Assembly: GCF_006345805.1 (NCBI RefSeq)
Contig: NC_043016.1
Coordinates: forward strand, 14,694,001 to 14,758,000
DNA length: 64,000 nt
Reading direction: 5' to 3'
DNA from: Octopus sinensis
Lineage: Eukaryota
Positions within the stretch are counted from its first letter, which is position 1. Each line of letters begins with the position of its first letter. The position numbers and the translations under genes are program-made. The notes below the pieces were generated by a model. The model did not search any database, was not told where the DNA came from, and was given only the letters and a program-made list of their open reading frames with translations. Positions 1 to 12,536 of this stretch are shown piece by piece.

Positions 1-54
1 TGCATACTCAGTGTGGACCCTAAGTAGGCATACTCTTTTACCTCCGAGATCTCA

Positions 55-545
55 TTGCTTCCCACCTCTAAAAGGGCAGGATGGAAAGCATTTAACTCAA
101 TAAAGGATGTGCTCCCAACGAATACAGACAATGCCACACATGCCAGACTCTTTAATAGCACCGTTCTAGCCGTGCTCTTAGATACAAGTGAGATGTGGAC
201 CACTAGAAAAAGAACAGAACATCAATTGGCTACAACACAAAGGCCATGGAAACATCCGTGCTTGGAATATCACCAAGAGAATACATTTGGAATGAGATGC
301 ATCAAGAATGGAATGGAATGAATGATGTGGTTGCAGAGCACCAAAAACACAAGTTCTGTTGGGCCAGACATGTTGCAAGGTTTGCAGACACCAGGTGGAG
401 CTGTGCAGTTGCTGAGTGGAATCCAAGAGATGAGAAAAAAGTCTCCAAGACGATGGAGAAATGATTTAGTCAAGCAATTTGGGTCAGGATGGAAAAGGAC
501 ATAGTGCAACCAAGACAGAATTGGAAGCACATTGTGACCAGTGGT
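55..545 (+). mobile_element. RTE-clade LINE, degenerate 3' end of ORF (RT thumb/C-terminus)
   Basis: Frameshifted peptides RAGWKAFNSIKDVL..LFNSTVL..SEMWT, KFCWARHVARFADTRWSCAVAEWNPRD and PRRWRNDL match the RTE pattern (LFNSTVLP..YGSETW; WAGHVAR..DNRW...EW.PR..KR.RGRP..RW.DD). Confidence 0.8.
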
Positions 546-759
546 GTGTAATAGCATCTGATGGTCTGGTCAGCAGTGATATATACACACACACATGCAA
601 AGTGGAAATGAACTTGTGCCTGAGTACAACCACTTCTCAGACACAATGCCACTTCTTAAAGATCAGCAGTAGTGGTCATATAATGCAGGTAACCAGAAAA
701 TCGCACCTGCTCTCATGCTATGCAAAATCAACCAAGTACTACCATGAGTTAGGAATGTG

Positions 760-945
760 GTGGTGGTTGAGACCAACACAGAAAGACACACACACACACA
801 CACAATGGGCTTCTTTCAGTTTCCCTCAAACAAATACACTCACAAGGTTTGGTCAGCTCAAAGACACTTGCCTAAGATGCCACACACTGGGACTGAACCC
901 AAAACCATGTGGTTGGGAAGCAAGCTTCTTACCACACAGCCACAC
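760..945 (-). mobile_element. tRNA-derived SINE family A (GGCTGTGTGGTAAG head), partial
   Basis: Reverse complement GGCTGTGTGGTAAGAAGCTTGCTTCCCAACCACATGGTTTTGGGTTCAGTCCCA matches the full copy at 20118-20516. Confidence 0.8.
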
Positions 946-984
946 CTATCAGCATGGCTGCAGCTCTGAGCTGAAACTACAGAG

Positions 985-1037
<53 letters not shown>

Positions 1038-1219
1038 AGACCTATGTTAAACTCCATTTATTTATTTATATATTATACAAAAAATTCCACGTAAACCCGA
1101 AGTTTCTACCTTTAAAACAAGGGGTTACAACCTCTTTATTTGTGTGATTTTTTGCTACCCTGGTAGCTATTTATCTATTTTTCCATGTTAATTGTCAACA
1201 AGGGAAAAATACACTCATC

Positions 1220-1267
<48 letters not shown>

Positions 1268-1489
1268 CCCTGGTCGAACCGTCCAACCCATGCTAGCATG
1301 GAGAACGGACGTTAAACAATGATGATGATGATGATATGTATGTATGACAGACTCTCCTGTTGTTAGATGACATATGAGGCTTAGACAATTTGCTGAACAA
1401 CCACACAAATGATTTGTTTATACTCATCAAATGTTTGTGTAGACATAAGCTCACTCCCTCCATCAAATTGATATTACCTGTACAGGTGC

Positions 1490-1645
1490 AACAGGTGTCA
1501 CATGTCAGAGGACGAAATGATTGTAGAGCAACATGAAATGAAGTGCTTTGCTCAAGAGCACAATGCAACACCTGGTCTGGGAATTGAACCTACGATCCCG
1601 CAATCGTGAGTGCAACACCTTAACCACTAAGCCATGTGCCTTCAC
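1490..1645 (-). mobile_element. tRNA-derived SINE family C
   Basis: Reverse complement GAAGGCACATGGCTTAGTGGTTAAGG...GGTTCAATTCCCAGACC...TCTTGAGCAAAGCACTTCATTTC; same family as 46681 and 61953. Confidence 0.75.
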
Positions 1646-1907
1646 ATATATATATATATATATATATACATAAGATGGGTTTCAGCATATGTTACATTTC
1701 GCTAACCAAGTAGAGATCACTGCAAGGCATTTGGTGAAGTGGAGTCAAACTAGAAACCGGTCAGCCATGTTTGTACATATTATGCTGAAATAAATTAATC
1801 TGGGAAGAAACAAAACTGCTGTGAAACTACACAAATAGGATATGAAAGAGAAAAGTTATTCCGCCCGTCAAATTCTAAATATTTTCTCAAATAAATAATA
1901 TCTTTTA

Positions 1908-2006
<99 letters not shown>

Positions 2007-2209
2007 CTACAAAGACATCAGTAGTGAACATAATTCTGTGTGCGTGGTGCATTTCAAAATTATACAAAAACCAAAAAAAACAGAGACAGATGAGGTAACA
2101 ACAGTAATTGTGTTAGTTTGATGCTCAGGAAAAATGGAAGAAGTTGTTGACATTTCAAACCTTTTCTCTTTTACATGTGTGTGTGTATATATATTGAGAT
2201 ACACATATG

Positions 2210-2244
<35 letters not shown>

Positions 2245-2761
2245 GTGTGTGTGTATATACATAGATATAGGTGTTTGTATGACTTAAAGGTTTGGTCGCT
2301 GTTTAGTTACAAATTTAGGAGTTGGTTTAGATTTACTTATTGAATTTATTTACCGATACTGTTGTACATGGGGTAAATGTGTTTGAGAGTTGGTTTTCTT
2401 TGGTATGTTTGTTCCCAAACAATACTTATTTTAGTGCTGTTGACACTGCTGGATTGAATTGTACTGCAGAGGTGTCGAAAACATAATGACATCCGTGGGG
2501 CAGCTGATGTTGGATTGTCAGTATGGCTGTTTTTGCATATGTGGAATAGTATTATAACACATCCTTTTGAGATGTATATATAGTCAACAAATGAGGTCCA
2601 GAGAATCCCTAAATAGAAAACACTTGAATGATTTGAGCTTAACTTTGACACCTTTACTGAGGACCAAGTCCTCAGTGAAAGAGTAACTATAAGAGGAATC
2701 CAGGTGAGCAGATGTGGAGGTAATGATGCAAATAAAGAAACAAAACTGCTTGGGTTTCATA

Positions 2762-2928
2762 TATAAAATATAGTGAGAATTTATTAAAAAAAAAAAGACG
2801 AAGACAGGTGGTGTAGAAAACAAACAGATGTATTAGTTTAACGCTCGGGAAGGTGAGTAAGTCTTTTACGTTTCGAGCCTACGTAGTTTGACAGAGAGGA
2901 ACACAGAAATAAACAGGGAGAGAAAAAT
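2762..2928 (-). mobile_element. PLE pseudo-LTR-derived module with degenerate minimal hammerhead
   Basis: Reverse complement shares GGCTCGAAACGTAAAAGACTT..CTCAC..CCGAGCGTTAAACTAATACATCTGTTTG with 9621-9740, the 3' end of the PLE. Confidence 0.75.
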
Positions 2929-2929
2929 A

Positions 2930-2996
2930 GAATATGTGTGTGTATGTATGTATATATATATACACACACACACACACACATATACACATATACATT

Positions 2997-3027
<31 letters not shown>

Positions 3028-4188
3028 TATACATATATATATATCCATATATACATATATATACATATATATATCCATATATACATATATATATATATAT
3101 ATACATATATATATAATATACATATATATAATACATATATATATTATATATATATACATATATATATACATATATAACATATATATACATATATACATAT
3201 ATATATATATATACATATATATATACATATATACATATATATACATATATATATATATATATACATATATATATACATATACATATATACATATATATAC
3301 ATATATATATATAATATATACATATATATATATATACATATATATATACATATACACATATACATATATATATACATATACACATATACATATATATACA
3401 TATATATATATATACATATATATATACATATACACATATACATATATATATACATAAACACATATACATATATATATACATATACACATATATATATATA
3501 CATATACACATATATATATACATATATATATACATATACATATATATATACATATATATATACATATACATATACACATACACATATATATATATATATA
3601 CATATATATACACATATATATATATACATATATATATACATATACATATATATATACATATATACATATATATATACATATACATATATACATCCTTATA
3701 TATATACATATATATATACATATACATATATACATCCATATATATATACATATATATATACATATATATATACATATACATATATACATCCATATATATA
3801 TATACATATACATATATATTATACATATACATATATATATACATATACATATACATATATACATCCATATATATATATACATATATACATATATATATAC
3901 ATATACATATATACATATATATATACATATACATATATACATCCATATATACATATAATACATATATATATACATATATACATATATATATATCCATATA
4001 TATATATATACATATATATATCCATATATATATATATATCCATATATATATATATACATATATATATCCATATATATATTATATATATACATATATATAC
4101 ATCCATATATATATATATATACATATATTACATATATACATATATATATATATACATATATACATAATATACATATATACATATATAC

Positions 4189-4219
<31 letters not shown>

Positions 4220-4628
4220 CATATATACATATATACATATATATATGCATGTATATATATACATGCATATATATACATATATACATACATATATATACAT
4301 ATACATATACATACATATATATACATATACATACACATATATATACATACACATATATATACACATATATACACATATATACATATATATACACATATAT
4401 ATACATATATACACATATATACACATATACATACACATATATACACATATACATATATATACACATATATATACACATACATATATACATATATATATAC
4501 ATATATATACATATACATACATACATACATGCACACACACACATACATACATGCACACACACACATACATGCACACACACACACACACATACATGCACAC
4601 ACACACATACATGCACACACACACACAC

Positions 4629-4680
<52 letters not shown>
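2930..4680. repeat. ~1.75 kb compound (TA)/(CA)/(TACA) microsatellite
   Basis: Near-pure alternating purine-pyrimidine TA/CA units; source of the spurious Y/I/M/C/V-rich ORFs. Confidence 0.98.
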
Positions 4681-4681
4681 A

Positions 4682-4803
4682 GATGAAGACGAGTGTGTAA
4701 ACAACAAACAGATGGGTTAGTTTAACGTTCGGGAAGTGAGAAAGTCTTTTACGTTTCGAGCCCACGCTGTTCGACAGAAAGGAACACAGAAATAAACAGG
4801 GGA
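4682..4803 (-). mobile_element. PLE pseudo-LTR-derived module with minimal hammerhead (core 4746-4781)
   Basis: Reverse complement CTTT-CTGTCGA-ACAGC-GTGG-GCTC-GAAAC-GTA-AAAG, followed by the same tail as 9650-9710. Confidence 0.75.
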
Positions 4804-4804
4804 G

Positions 4805-5900
4805 ATGGTTATTAAAGAATTAACTGGTTTGATAGCAGATAAGGGAATATGAGGAGGTTGTTACGATTGTTGTTGGTTGAATGAGAAATTGGGTCGGAGT
4901 TTTGATAAGTGTTGTTTAAGAAGGTCAAGGAGACAGTAGAGGTGGTGTGATTGCAAAGAATTGGAAGAAATTTGAGATTTGTGTTAATGAGTTTCAGGAA
5001 GTTAACAGAGAGGAGTTGTGGAGGGGAAGAACAGTTAATGACTCATTTACACAAAATTTACAATTACCTATTTCTTTATTACCCACAAGGGGCTAAACAC
5101 AGAGGGGACAAACAAGGACAGACAAATGGATTAAGTCGATTACATCGACCCCAGTGCATAACTGGTACTTAATTTATCGACCCTGAAAGGATGAAAGGCA
5201 AAGTCGACCTTGGCAGAATTTGAACTCACAACGTAATGCAGACGAAATACCGCTAAGCATTTCGCCCGGCGTGCTAACGTTTCTGCCAGCTCAATATTTG
5301 AATTGTAGGGGGCAGCTTCACCTACTATAGACCATGATAGGGAGTATTGGATATTTTTTTGATTTGAGTTTGTGTGTGTTTCTAAAGATGTAGATAGTTT
5401 AGATTTTGGATTAGTGAAAGAATTTGTATGAGCATGATAACAGTATTTAAAATCCACAGTGCTGCCGATATACACCCTTGCCTGGTGGTTTCAGGGTGTC
5501 ATCACATGGCACTTATAGATTACACTTTTGTGGAGACAGGAGCCTGCAAGATGCATGACAGTTGCAAGTTTCCCTGTTTGCTCTATGGTTAGGGTTTACC
5601 ATTAGAGATGTTGAGGTTGGTTGGTTTGTCATTAGTGGGGGAGAATACATATTGGAATTTATATTAGTATTGGGGGGTTGTAATAGAAGTAATATTTGTT
5701 GTCGCATAGATAGGGTTGTTAGCTTGAGTTTAGTATTATATATTTGGGGTGGGTTTGTATTAAGGTTTGTATTATTGCTACTGTCTGGGCTACCTTGGGA
5801 TGCAGAGTAAGAGATTAGATATTCAGAAGATTAGTGTTGGAGTTTGTTTGAGGAGGCTACTATACTTAGGCATATATTTAGGCAATAAGGCAGGTAAGGG
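4805..5900 (-). mobile_element. Penelope-like element remnant (C-terminal GIY-YIG endonuclease), interrupted by a SINE
   Basis: Minus-strand peptides TCNCHASC, VYIGSTVDFKYCYHAHTNSFTNPKSKLSTSL and YSLSWSIVGEAAPYNSN resemble the PLE pattern CNC..CPL..YIGST..FK.RY.NH..SF..WSI...A.PY. Confidence 0.7.
5068..5292 (-). mobile_element. tRNA-derived SINE family B (Nin/Deu-domain)
   Basis: Reverse complement GAGCTGGCAGAAACGTTAGCACGCCGGGCG...GAGTTCAAATTC...GCCTTTCATCCTTTCAGGGTCGATAAATTAAGTACCAG; near-identical copies at 14701, 43499 and 45901. Confidence 0.9.
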
Positions 5901-6429
5901 ATTTTTCCCCCCCAGTTTTACTGATAACCATCCCTTTTTCACTAATTTAGCCTTTAACTATTCACACATTACCTAAACCACTCCTCTTCCTACTACTATC
6001 ATTAACCTCATATTTCCTCCACCCTCCTTCTCTCTATCAAAACAACTCCAACTCTCCTTCCTAATAGATGTAGTTCTCTATAAAATCATTCAATTTTTAA
6101 CCTCCATCATGTAAACAATTCAAATGTAAACTTTTAATGCAAATTTTTTTTTTCCTTGAAGAAGGAGGCAAGATTATCCAATAATGGACCTTAATATCTG
6201 TCATATATTAGGACCACCAAGCCCCTTGAAACGGCCATAAGACTTTTAAAACTTTACCTATCTTATTTTGTGATATCATTTTTTTCTGTAAGTTGAACTA
6301 TGTATTTTTAATATCCACATATATTTATACTTTTCTTTTCAATTAAATCTTCATATGTAAACTGATATACCTAATTTGCTTCAAAGTGTTTCTATATATA
6401 AAGAGAACACTTGTCTCTAAAATATAAAC

Positions 6430-9400
6430 TCTTCTCACGCCTACTTCCTCCCACCCACCTCTCCTTTCCACCCTCTACCTTCATCGTCACCCCCTCCCTT
6501 GTTACCCCACCCATACACATTCCAACATTTTTTTTGTAAATTCTCATTATATATTACACACTCACGTGGTCGCACCAGTTTTATCCTTGAACTTTCTCCT
6601 ACACATTGGCTGCACCTCTCCTACCTATGGATTACAATGGACTCTTCCTTTGATGAGAAATCGCTCCAATAAACCATGACGTTTGAACCTTTCAAACTTT
6701 TCTCTGCTTTTTCTTATTGTCGTTTCTCTTAATCTGCACTTTTTACCTTGCCCCTCTCTCCCTCCCTTTTTTCTCCCTTTCTTCCCTTTTCTCTTTGTTT
6801 CTTCCTTCTTCCTCCTTCTTCCTCTCCTTGTTTTTATTTTTTCCTCTCCTCTCACCTCTTGTATTTTTTTCTCCCCACACCATTTGCATTTTTCCTCCTC
6901 ACGTCTTTATTTGCCTTTCTCTCTCCTTTTTTCTCCTTTCTCTCTCTTTTCTCCTCATTTTTCAATCATGCCCGATTACAAACCTATCCTGCTCCCCCTT
7001 CACCCCAACCTAAAAAAAACACCTTTCCACAGTTCCTTTCCGCTGATTTCAACCTTCTATTAACCTTTCCCAACTAATTTTCAAAAAATACGCTTCGTCA
7101 GTCACCTTTCCTTTCTCAGTCGCTTCTTGCATCACTGCCTCATCCCTAAAGGTTTCCGCCTCCATTTCCACCCCACTTTCCACTCTACTACAACCATCCT
7201 ACCCATACTCCGTACTACATTCTACCGCATTATGCACGCCACCATTCATTCTACACTTTCCAAAATACACACCATCGACCATCTTCTCCCTCTGGCTTGT
7301 TCCACCTTCTTCTCCTCTCAGTCGCTCTCCCATGCCAACACCACGTTACATTACATAATTCATTTAAATCATCTTTTTAATCAATTTCTCGCTTACACCA
7401 AACAACATAAACTCCACTCACCCCTCCATTCCATCACACCTGATACCACTACCCCAACTCCTCTCATCTGATATGCCCCCCACCTACTTCTATCCCATCC
7501 ACCTCTCCTCCAGATCTTCCCCTCTCTGAGGCAGAGCGCTCCCTCCTCCTTAGGGATCTGCGCATCATCCCCCTCACTCCATCCAGCAACGAATTTCACA
7601 CTCATGCCAATATCCACAGCTTTGTGCGCAGCGTTAGATTGTGTGTGCTTTTCCGCGACACTCCACCTGCATCTAACGAGGAAACTGCTTCACCGAGCTG
7701 GGCTGCTGACCATCCCGGTGGACACCAGCTCCTGGCCAGTTCCAAGCAGTCGATCTTTTTGCAGGCACCTACCAGCATGCTGTGGACCAGTTTGACTTTT
7801 CCAAGCGTCCCCGACATCTGAACACCTCTCCAGCTGAACTCTCGGCTCCTCAATGTCTCCGACGCCGCACGAACATCATCATAAAACCGGCCAACAAGGG
7901 TGGAGCCATGGTGGTGTGGCACACAGACCTCTACAAGGCAGAAGCTCTCCATCAACTTCAAGACACATCCTTCTACTGCCCTCCAACCCTATGCCCAGCT
8001 ACCAACAGACTGTGTCCTTCACTATCCATGACCTCATCTCCTCCTCCCGTCTCTCCGCCACCACCTCTAACCTCATTGTCCACACCCCTCACCACCCCCA
8101 CAATTTACTTCCTCCCCACCGAACTCATCTCCAGATATCTTGACCGTGTCCTTGACCCCCTTGTGCCTTCCTTCCCCTCTCACATCCATGACACCAACCA
8201 TGCTCTTCATTTATCCAACTCTTTCTCCTTCCCTCCTGGCCCCTCTAAACTTCTCTTCACTCTTGACCTGAAGAGTCTATACACGGTGATCTCTTACCAC
8301 GAAGGGCTGCATGCACTCCAACATTTCCTTCAACCCAACTCCGAACCTGACACAGCCACACATTTTCATCTGGCTGAACTTGTTCTCTTCCTTAACTACT
8401 TCTTGTTCGCAGGTGATTTTTACCAGCAGGTCTTGGGAGTGACCATGGGAATGAGAATGAGCCCCAACTATGCGAACCTGTTCGTTGGCTACGTTGAGGC
8501 CCAAATATTCTCAAGTTTCACTGGTCCCGCTCCCAAACTATACGGCTGTTATATTGACGAATGTATTGATGCGACCTCGCTCTCCTGCAAACATCTAGAC
8601 TCCTTCCTCTCTTTTGTCAAATCTTTCCATCCTGCCCTGCACTATTTCCGACACCTCAGTCGCCTTTCTTGACATTTCACTCAGCATTCATCACTCCACT
8701 CTCACCACCCCCATCCACTACAAACACACTGACTCACACTCATACCTCAACTTCTCTTCCTCCCACCCTAAACACACCAAGCTCTCCATCCCCTACTCCC
8801 AATTCCTCCGGCTGCGCAGGCTTTGCAGTGGCAACCATGACTTTGAGACTGAGTCTCAACTCATGGCTTGCCACTTCCTCCTATGTGGATATCCCCTCAC
8901 TGCTATCCACACTGCCCTTACCAGAACACGTTCCATGGACAGTGCATCTGCTCTCTCCCCTCACTAACACCCCACCACACCATTCTCCGAGTTTTCTGGT
9001 GACTCTAGTCTGACCTCTCCACTTCGCACATCCTCTCTGACCCCTCCCCTCCTTCAAACAAGCCCACAATCTACGAGACCTTCCCTAACCCAACCTCCCA
9101 ACCCGGCTTGTTCCCCTGCTCCCTCCCACACTGCTCTACTTTACAACACCATCCTCCTCACAGGCACCCATCATTGACCCTATCATATCACTGACTCCTT
9201 CACCTGCACTTCTAGCAACGTCATCTACTGCATCTCCTGCTCTCTCTGTCCTGTTCTATACATTGGTCAAAGAGGATGTCACTTGGCTGACCGGTTCATA
9301 AACACCTCCAAGACATCTGACTTGGCAATGACACCTCGGTCTCATGCCATTTTCACTCTACCAGTCACTCTTTACAACACCTGTCTATGTTCAGATTGTC

Positions 9401-9740
9401 CTTGCACAGGGGCCATCTGGACTCCCATCTTTGCCATGAGCAGGGATTAAACTTCTCTCTCTCCTCCCTTCTTCAACTAACCCTCCTCCTCTCTCCCCTC
9501 ACCCACCTCTCCTCTCTTGCTCTGCCACCTACTTCCTCTTCACTCATACCCACCTTCTCCCTTCATTGTCACCCCCTCCCACATTATCCCACCCCTACCA
9601 TTCCTATACACCGCATCCCACCGAAGAGCATAGGCTCGAAATGTAAAAGACTTTCTCACTTTCCGAGCATTAAGCTAATACATCTGTTTGTTGTTTACAC
9701 ACCCATCTTTGTTTTTTTTTGTAAATTCTCACTATATATA
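6430..9740 (+). mobile_element. Near-full-length Penelope-like retroelement (Neptune-like), frameshifted
   Basis: N-terminal HLSFLSRFLHHCLIPKGFRL. RT motifs IIKPANKGGAMVVW, LFTLDLKSLYT, YQQVLGVTMGMRMSPNYANLF, YIDE, FLDISL, YKHTDSHSYLNFSSSHP..SIPYSQFLRLRRLCS. GIY-YIG FTCTSSNVIYCISCSLC..LYIGQ at ~9200-9310. Direct pseudo-LTR similarity between 6430-6555 and 9520-9740. Confidence 0.92.
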
Positions 9741-10099
9741 TGTGTGTGTGTGTCCATATGTCCACAGACATACAGACATAGAAATATATTCACTTTTTAG
9801 CATTTTCAGTATATAGAGACACCAATTGAGAGGCTAGTGTTTGTGCCCACACACACACATTCACATCAAGCATTAAACTTGCATCATTTACCATTCTTAT
9901 CTATTTAGTATCTTAATCACCACATTCATTCAGTATCCATCAATGTCTCTCTTGATTTCGATTTCATCCTGTGGATACTTGCCCTTGATTGATTTATGAT
10001 TACACCCCATCACATATGAAGTTATATGTACTGGATACATATATTCATTATTGTAGGTATAAATTTCGTTTTTCAACGGAAAATATGGAGATATTGAGA

Positions 10100-10625
10100 A
10101 AAAGAATGAATGAGGTACAAAAGCACGTGGTGTACGAGAATGAATAAGATATTTCCATATCCGAAACCGAAAGCAGCGATTCTGAGGAAACTGAAAGCGG
10201 CGATAGCAACAGCAAAGACGATTTTACATCAGAATGAAGTAAAAACTTTAAAGATGTTTTTATTAGCAATTTTTCTGAGGAGATGGAGTCTATCCATAGT
10301 CTTTCTTAGGGAGCGAAACCGTTAGACTTTTATATTTTTCAGTAAGCTTGTTTGAAGTGATCACTGCGGAGACAAACTTACGCAGAATGTAAACAAACAG
10401 TATATGCCAGGAAAGGCCACGAAATGAGGAATCAAAGTTTGGAAAATTTGTGAAGCAAATACTGGCTACTGCTGTGGATTTAGTTTTTATACAGGGAAAA
10501 TAATGTTAGTCAGCATGGCCTAGGGTACGATGTGGTCCGGAATTTATCACTTCTATACGATAACCAGGGCCATATATTATTTTTTGACTGATTTTTTTTA
10601 GTTCAGTCAAACTTGCGGTGGATTT
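10100..10625 (+). mobile_element. piggyBac transposase relic (internally deleted, stops and frameshifts)
   Basis: Acidic N-terminus (SETESSDSEETESGDS), then QYMPGKATK*GIKVWKICEANTGYCCGFSFYTGK..HGLGYDVVRNL..NQGHILFFD..SVKLAVDL, matching the piggyBac DDD core. Confidence 0.88.
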
Positions 10626-10634
10626 AGGTGGATT

Positions 10635-11050
10635 CCAGTATTTCAGTTTATTTCACCTTTATGGCACACCTGTTCTGTTTTGCATTAAATTCAGCTGATA
10701 ATCTAGTGATGTGCATAATTCTTCTATATCAAAATTTTGTAGGATACCCGACTGAATATTAGCTGACAATTCATTTTCTATGGTGATGTTTAAACAAAAT
10801 TTTAATATTTTTACCTTTTGCTCAATTTACCTGGAGTTACCTGTAATTAGAGTCCCTTTGAGACAAAAGTTATGCAATAGAATTGATTAAGAACCCTTTC
10901 TTTAATTATGTTCCAAATATTACATTAATATGTTGATAAGTAAAAAAGTTACAGTTGTTTAATGAAACTAGTCTAAATTCAAGATTATTTTAGAAATTAA
11001 TTGAAACTCATGAGGGGTGTATTTTGGTCAGAAATATAGTAACAAAAGGG
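10635..11050 (+). mobile_element. piggyBac-type right end / non-autonomous segment
   Basis: Ends GTAACAAAAGGG|TTAA, the same terminal sequence as the MITE at 13218-13438. Confidence 0.6.
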
Positions 11051-11717
11051 TTAAAAACCTCAAAGGGGATCATAAAAGTGACTTAGTAACATTCTACTGG
11101 TATATGCTTTGGACTTATGAGAAAATACCCGAATTTTATTTTATTTTTATGTATTTTGATTAACTGACTTAAATCTTATATGACATATCAAATGCTACAT
11201 TTTTTGATGAAGAATTATATACACTCAGTCATTATTATATGGAGTCAACACACTCATGAAGTAAAGCAAATTTATTATGAATTGCAGGTTTATTTCATAA
11301 GTTGGTTGTGGCTGTCTGAAGATGTGAACAAACAATAATAATATTGCATATGTTGCCTGTATTGTACGCATGACTTTATACATGGTGTATAGTGACTGTT
11401 TAGAGATTGTAACATCAATTTGAATTCTCTTTTCCTCATTTAAATTGTTATTTTCCACTCTGCAAAGTTTATATTACGCTTAATCCATCATACCTTGGAT
11501 TTGCAAAGAGCTGATACGATTAATGCCTAGATTGTATGTACAACCTCTCAATTACATACGTATGTATTTCCTAATTTTTGAAGCAAATAACATCAACTTA
11601 AGGAAAGTATTCGTTATTAAAGAAGAATATATCATTTTGACTGAAATATAATGCAAGTCAGAAATTCAAAAGAATGCAAATTCTGGTATCCAAGAAGTAT
11701 AAATGTATTTTACTTAC

Positions 11718-11838
11718 ATTTTCTGGAGATGGGTGTGAATATAATGGAATATTTGCAATCATTTCCTGGTAGGCAAATTCATCTTTTTCAGAACACTGAA
11801 CTAGTCCATCCAAGACCAGAACATTTCCAAACCTCTTG
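11718..11838 (-). CDS. SRM: Spermidine synthase, coding exon 2 (121 bp)
   Basis: Translates (S)[40 protein letters not shown]; polypyrimidine-tag acceptor, gtaagt donor; phases fit exons 1 and 3. Confidence 0.97.
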
Positions 11839-12003
11839 CTAAAAAAGAAAATGACTTTATGCAGTCAATATTCAGTTATTATATGTAAGTAGAATAAATT
11901 ATTGCATTTCATGTGAAACTATCGGGTTTTATGAGTTGATAAATTAAATCTTTTGTCAACAATTGTTTCTGAGGAAAATTTTGTAATGAATGCTCACCAT
12001 TAA

Positions 12004-12223
12004 TTCTTTAGCATTCAGATTATTTTGTCCAATATAATACTTTCTTATTCACATTGTTTAAAATTTATCATGCATTATCTTCTAGCTTTGAGATTTCAAT
12101 GATGTGATTGTTTATTTTTAGAATGACATTGTAGGGTAGTTGTGAGAGGTTGAACTTGGCTGGTCTGAACATAAAGCAAATAGGCTATTTGAGCCAGATA
12201 TGGCCAGTTTAAGTGCTAAAGGA
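12004..12223 (+). mobile_element. TTAA-flanked piggyBac-like MITE, family B
   Basis: TTAA|TTCTTTAGCATT...GTGCTAAAGGA|TTAA; related copies at 12490-12988 (minus, interrupted), 19670-19893, 23445-23600, 29505, 61158 and 62760. Confidence 0.8.
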
Positions 12224-12536
12224 TTAAGATGAAACCAATTATGAACAGTATTGTTTATGGAAATTTCTTACTTCTTCCAAAGTCCAAGAAAAGAGATTAA
12301 TGCTGCAAGAAACAATTTTTATCCATTAAAAAATAATATGCTGCGAAATAGAAGGGTATTAGAATTGATATCATATGGGACAGAATTTTTGAAGTTCCTC
12401 AGCTTTTCCATTCTTTTCATTTATAACTTTGCTGACCATTACAAGACCCTGTTGCTGATCTTTGAGAACATCTAGTAAAGTCTCTTATAATCCTTAAGCA
12501 TTAAAACCAGCCATATCCAGCCTAAATATTCTACCG

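Noticed and set aside
479-1147. 222-aa ORF
   Set aside because: Runs through an RTE end, a SINE and (TA)n; no coherent protein.
1-1900. Further SRM exons (exon 4 onward)
   Set aside because: No SRM-like peptide found on the minus strand; the remaining exons presumably lie left of the window.
2866-4765. Long ORFs (up to 613 aa) in several frames
   Set aside because: Translations of the TA/CA microsatellite, which lacks stop codons by composition.
6645-6680. TTGATGAG..CTC hammerhead-like string
   Set aside because: Lacks GAAA after stem II and has no stem I.
6625-7077. F/L/S-rich 'membrane' ORFs and a K/R-rich antisense ORF
   Set aside because: Low-complexity pyrimidine tract in the PLE 5' region.
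7782-8967. Active or domesticated PLE reverse transcriptase
   Set aside because: Multiple frameshifts, an internal deletion and catalytic YIDD changed to YIDE indicate a dead copy.
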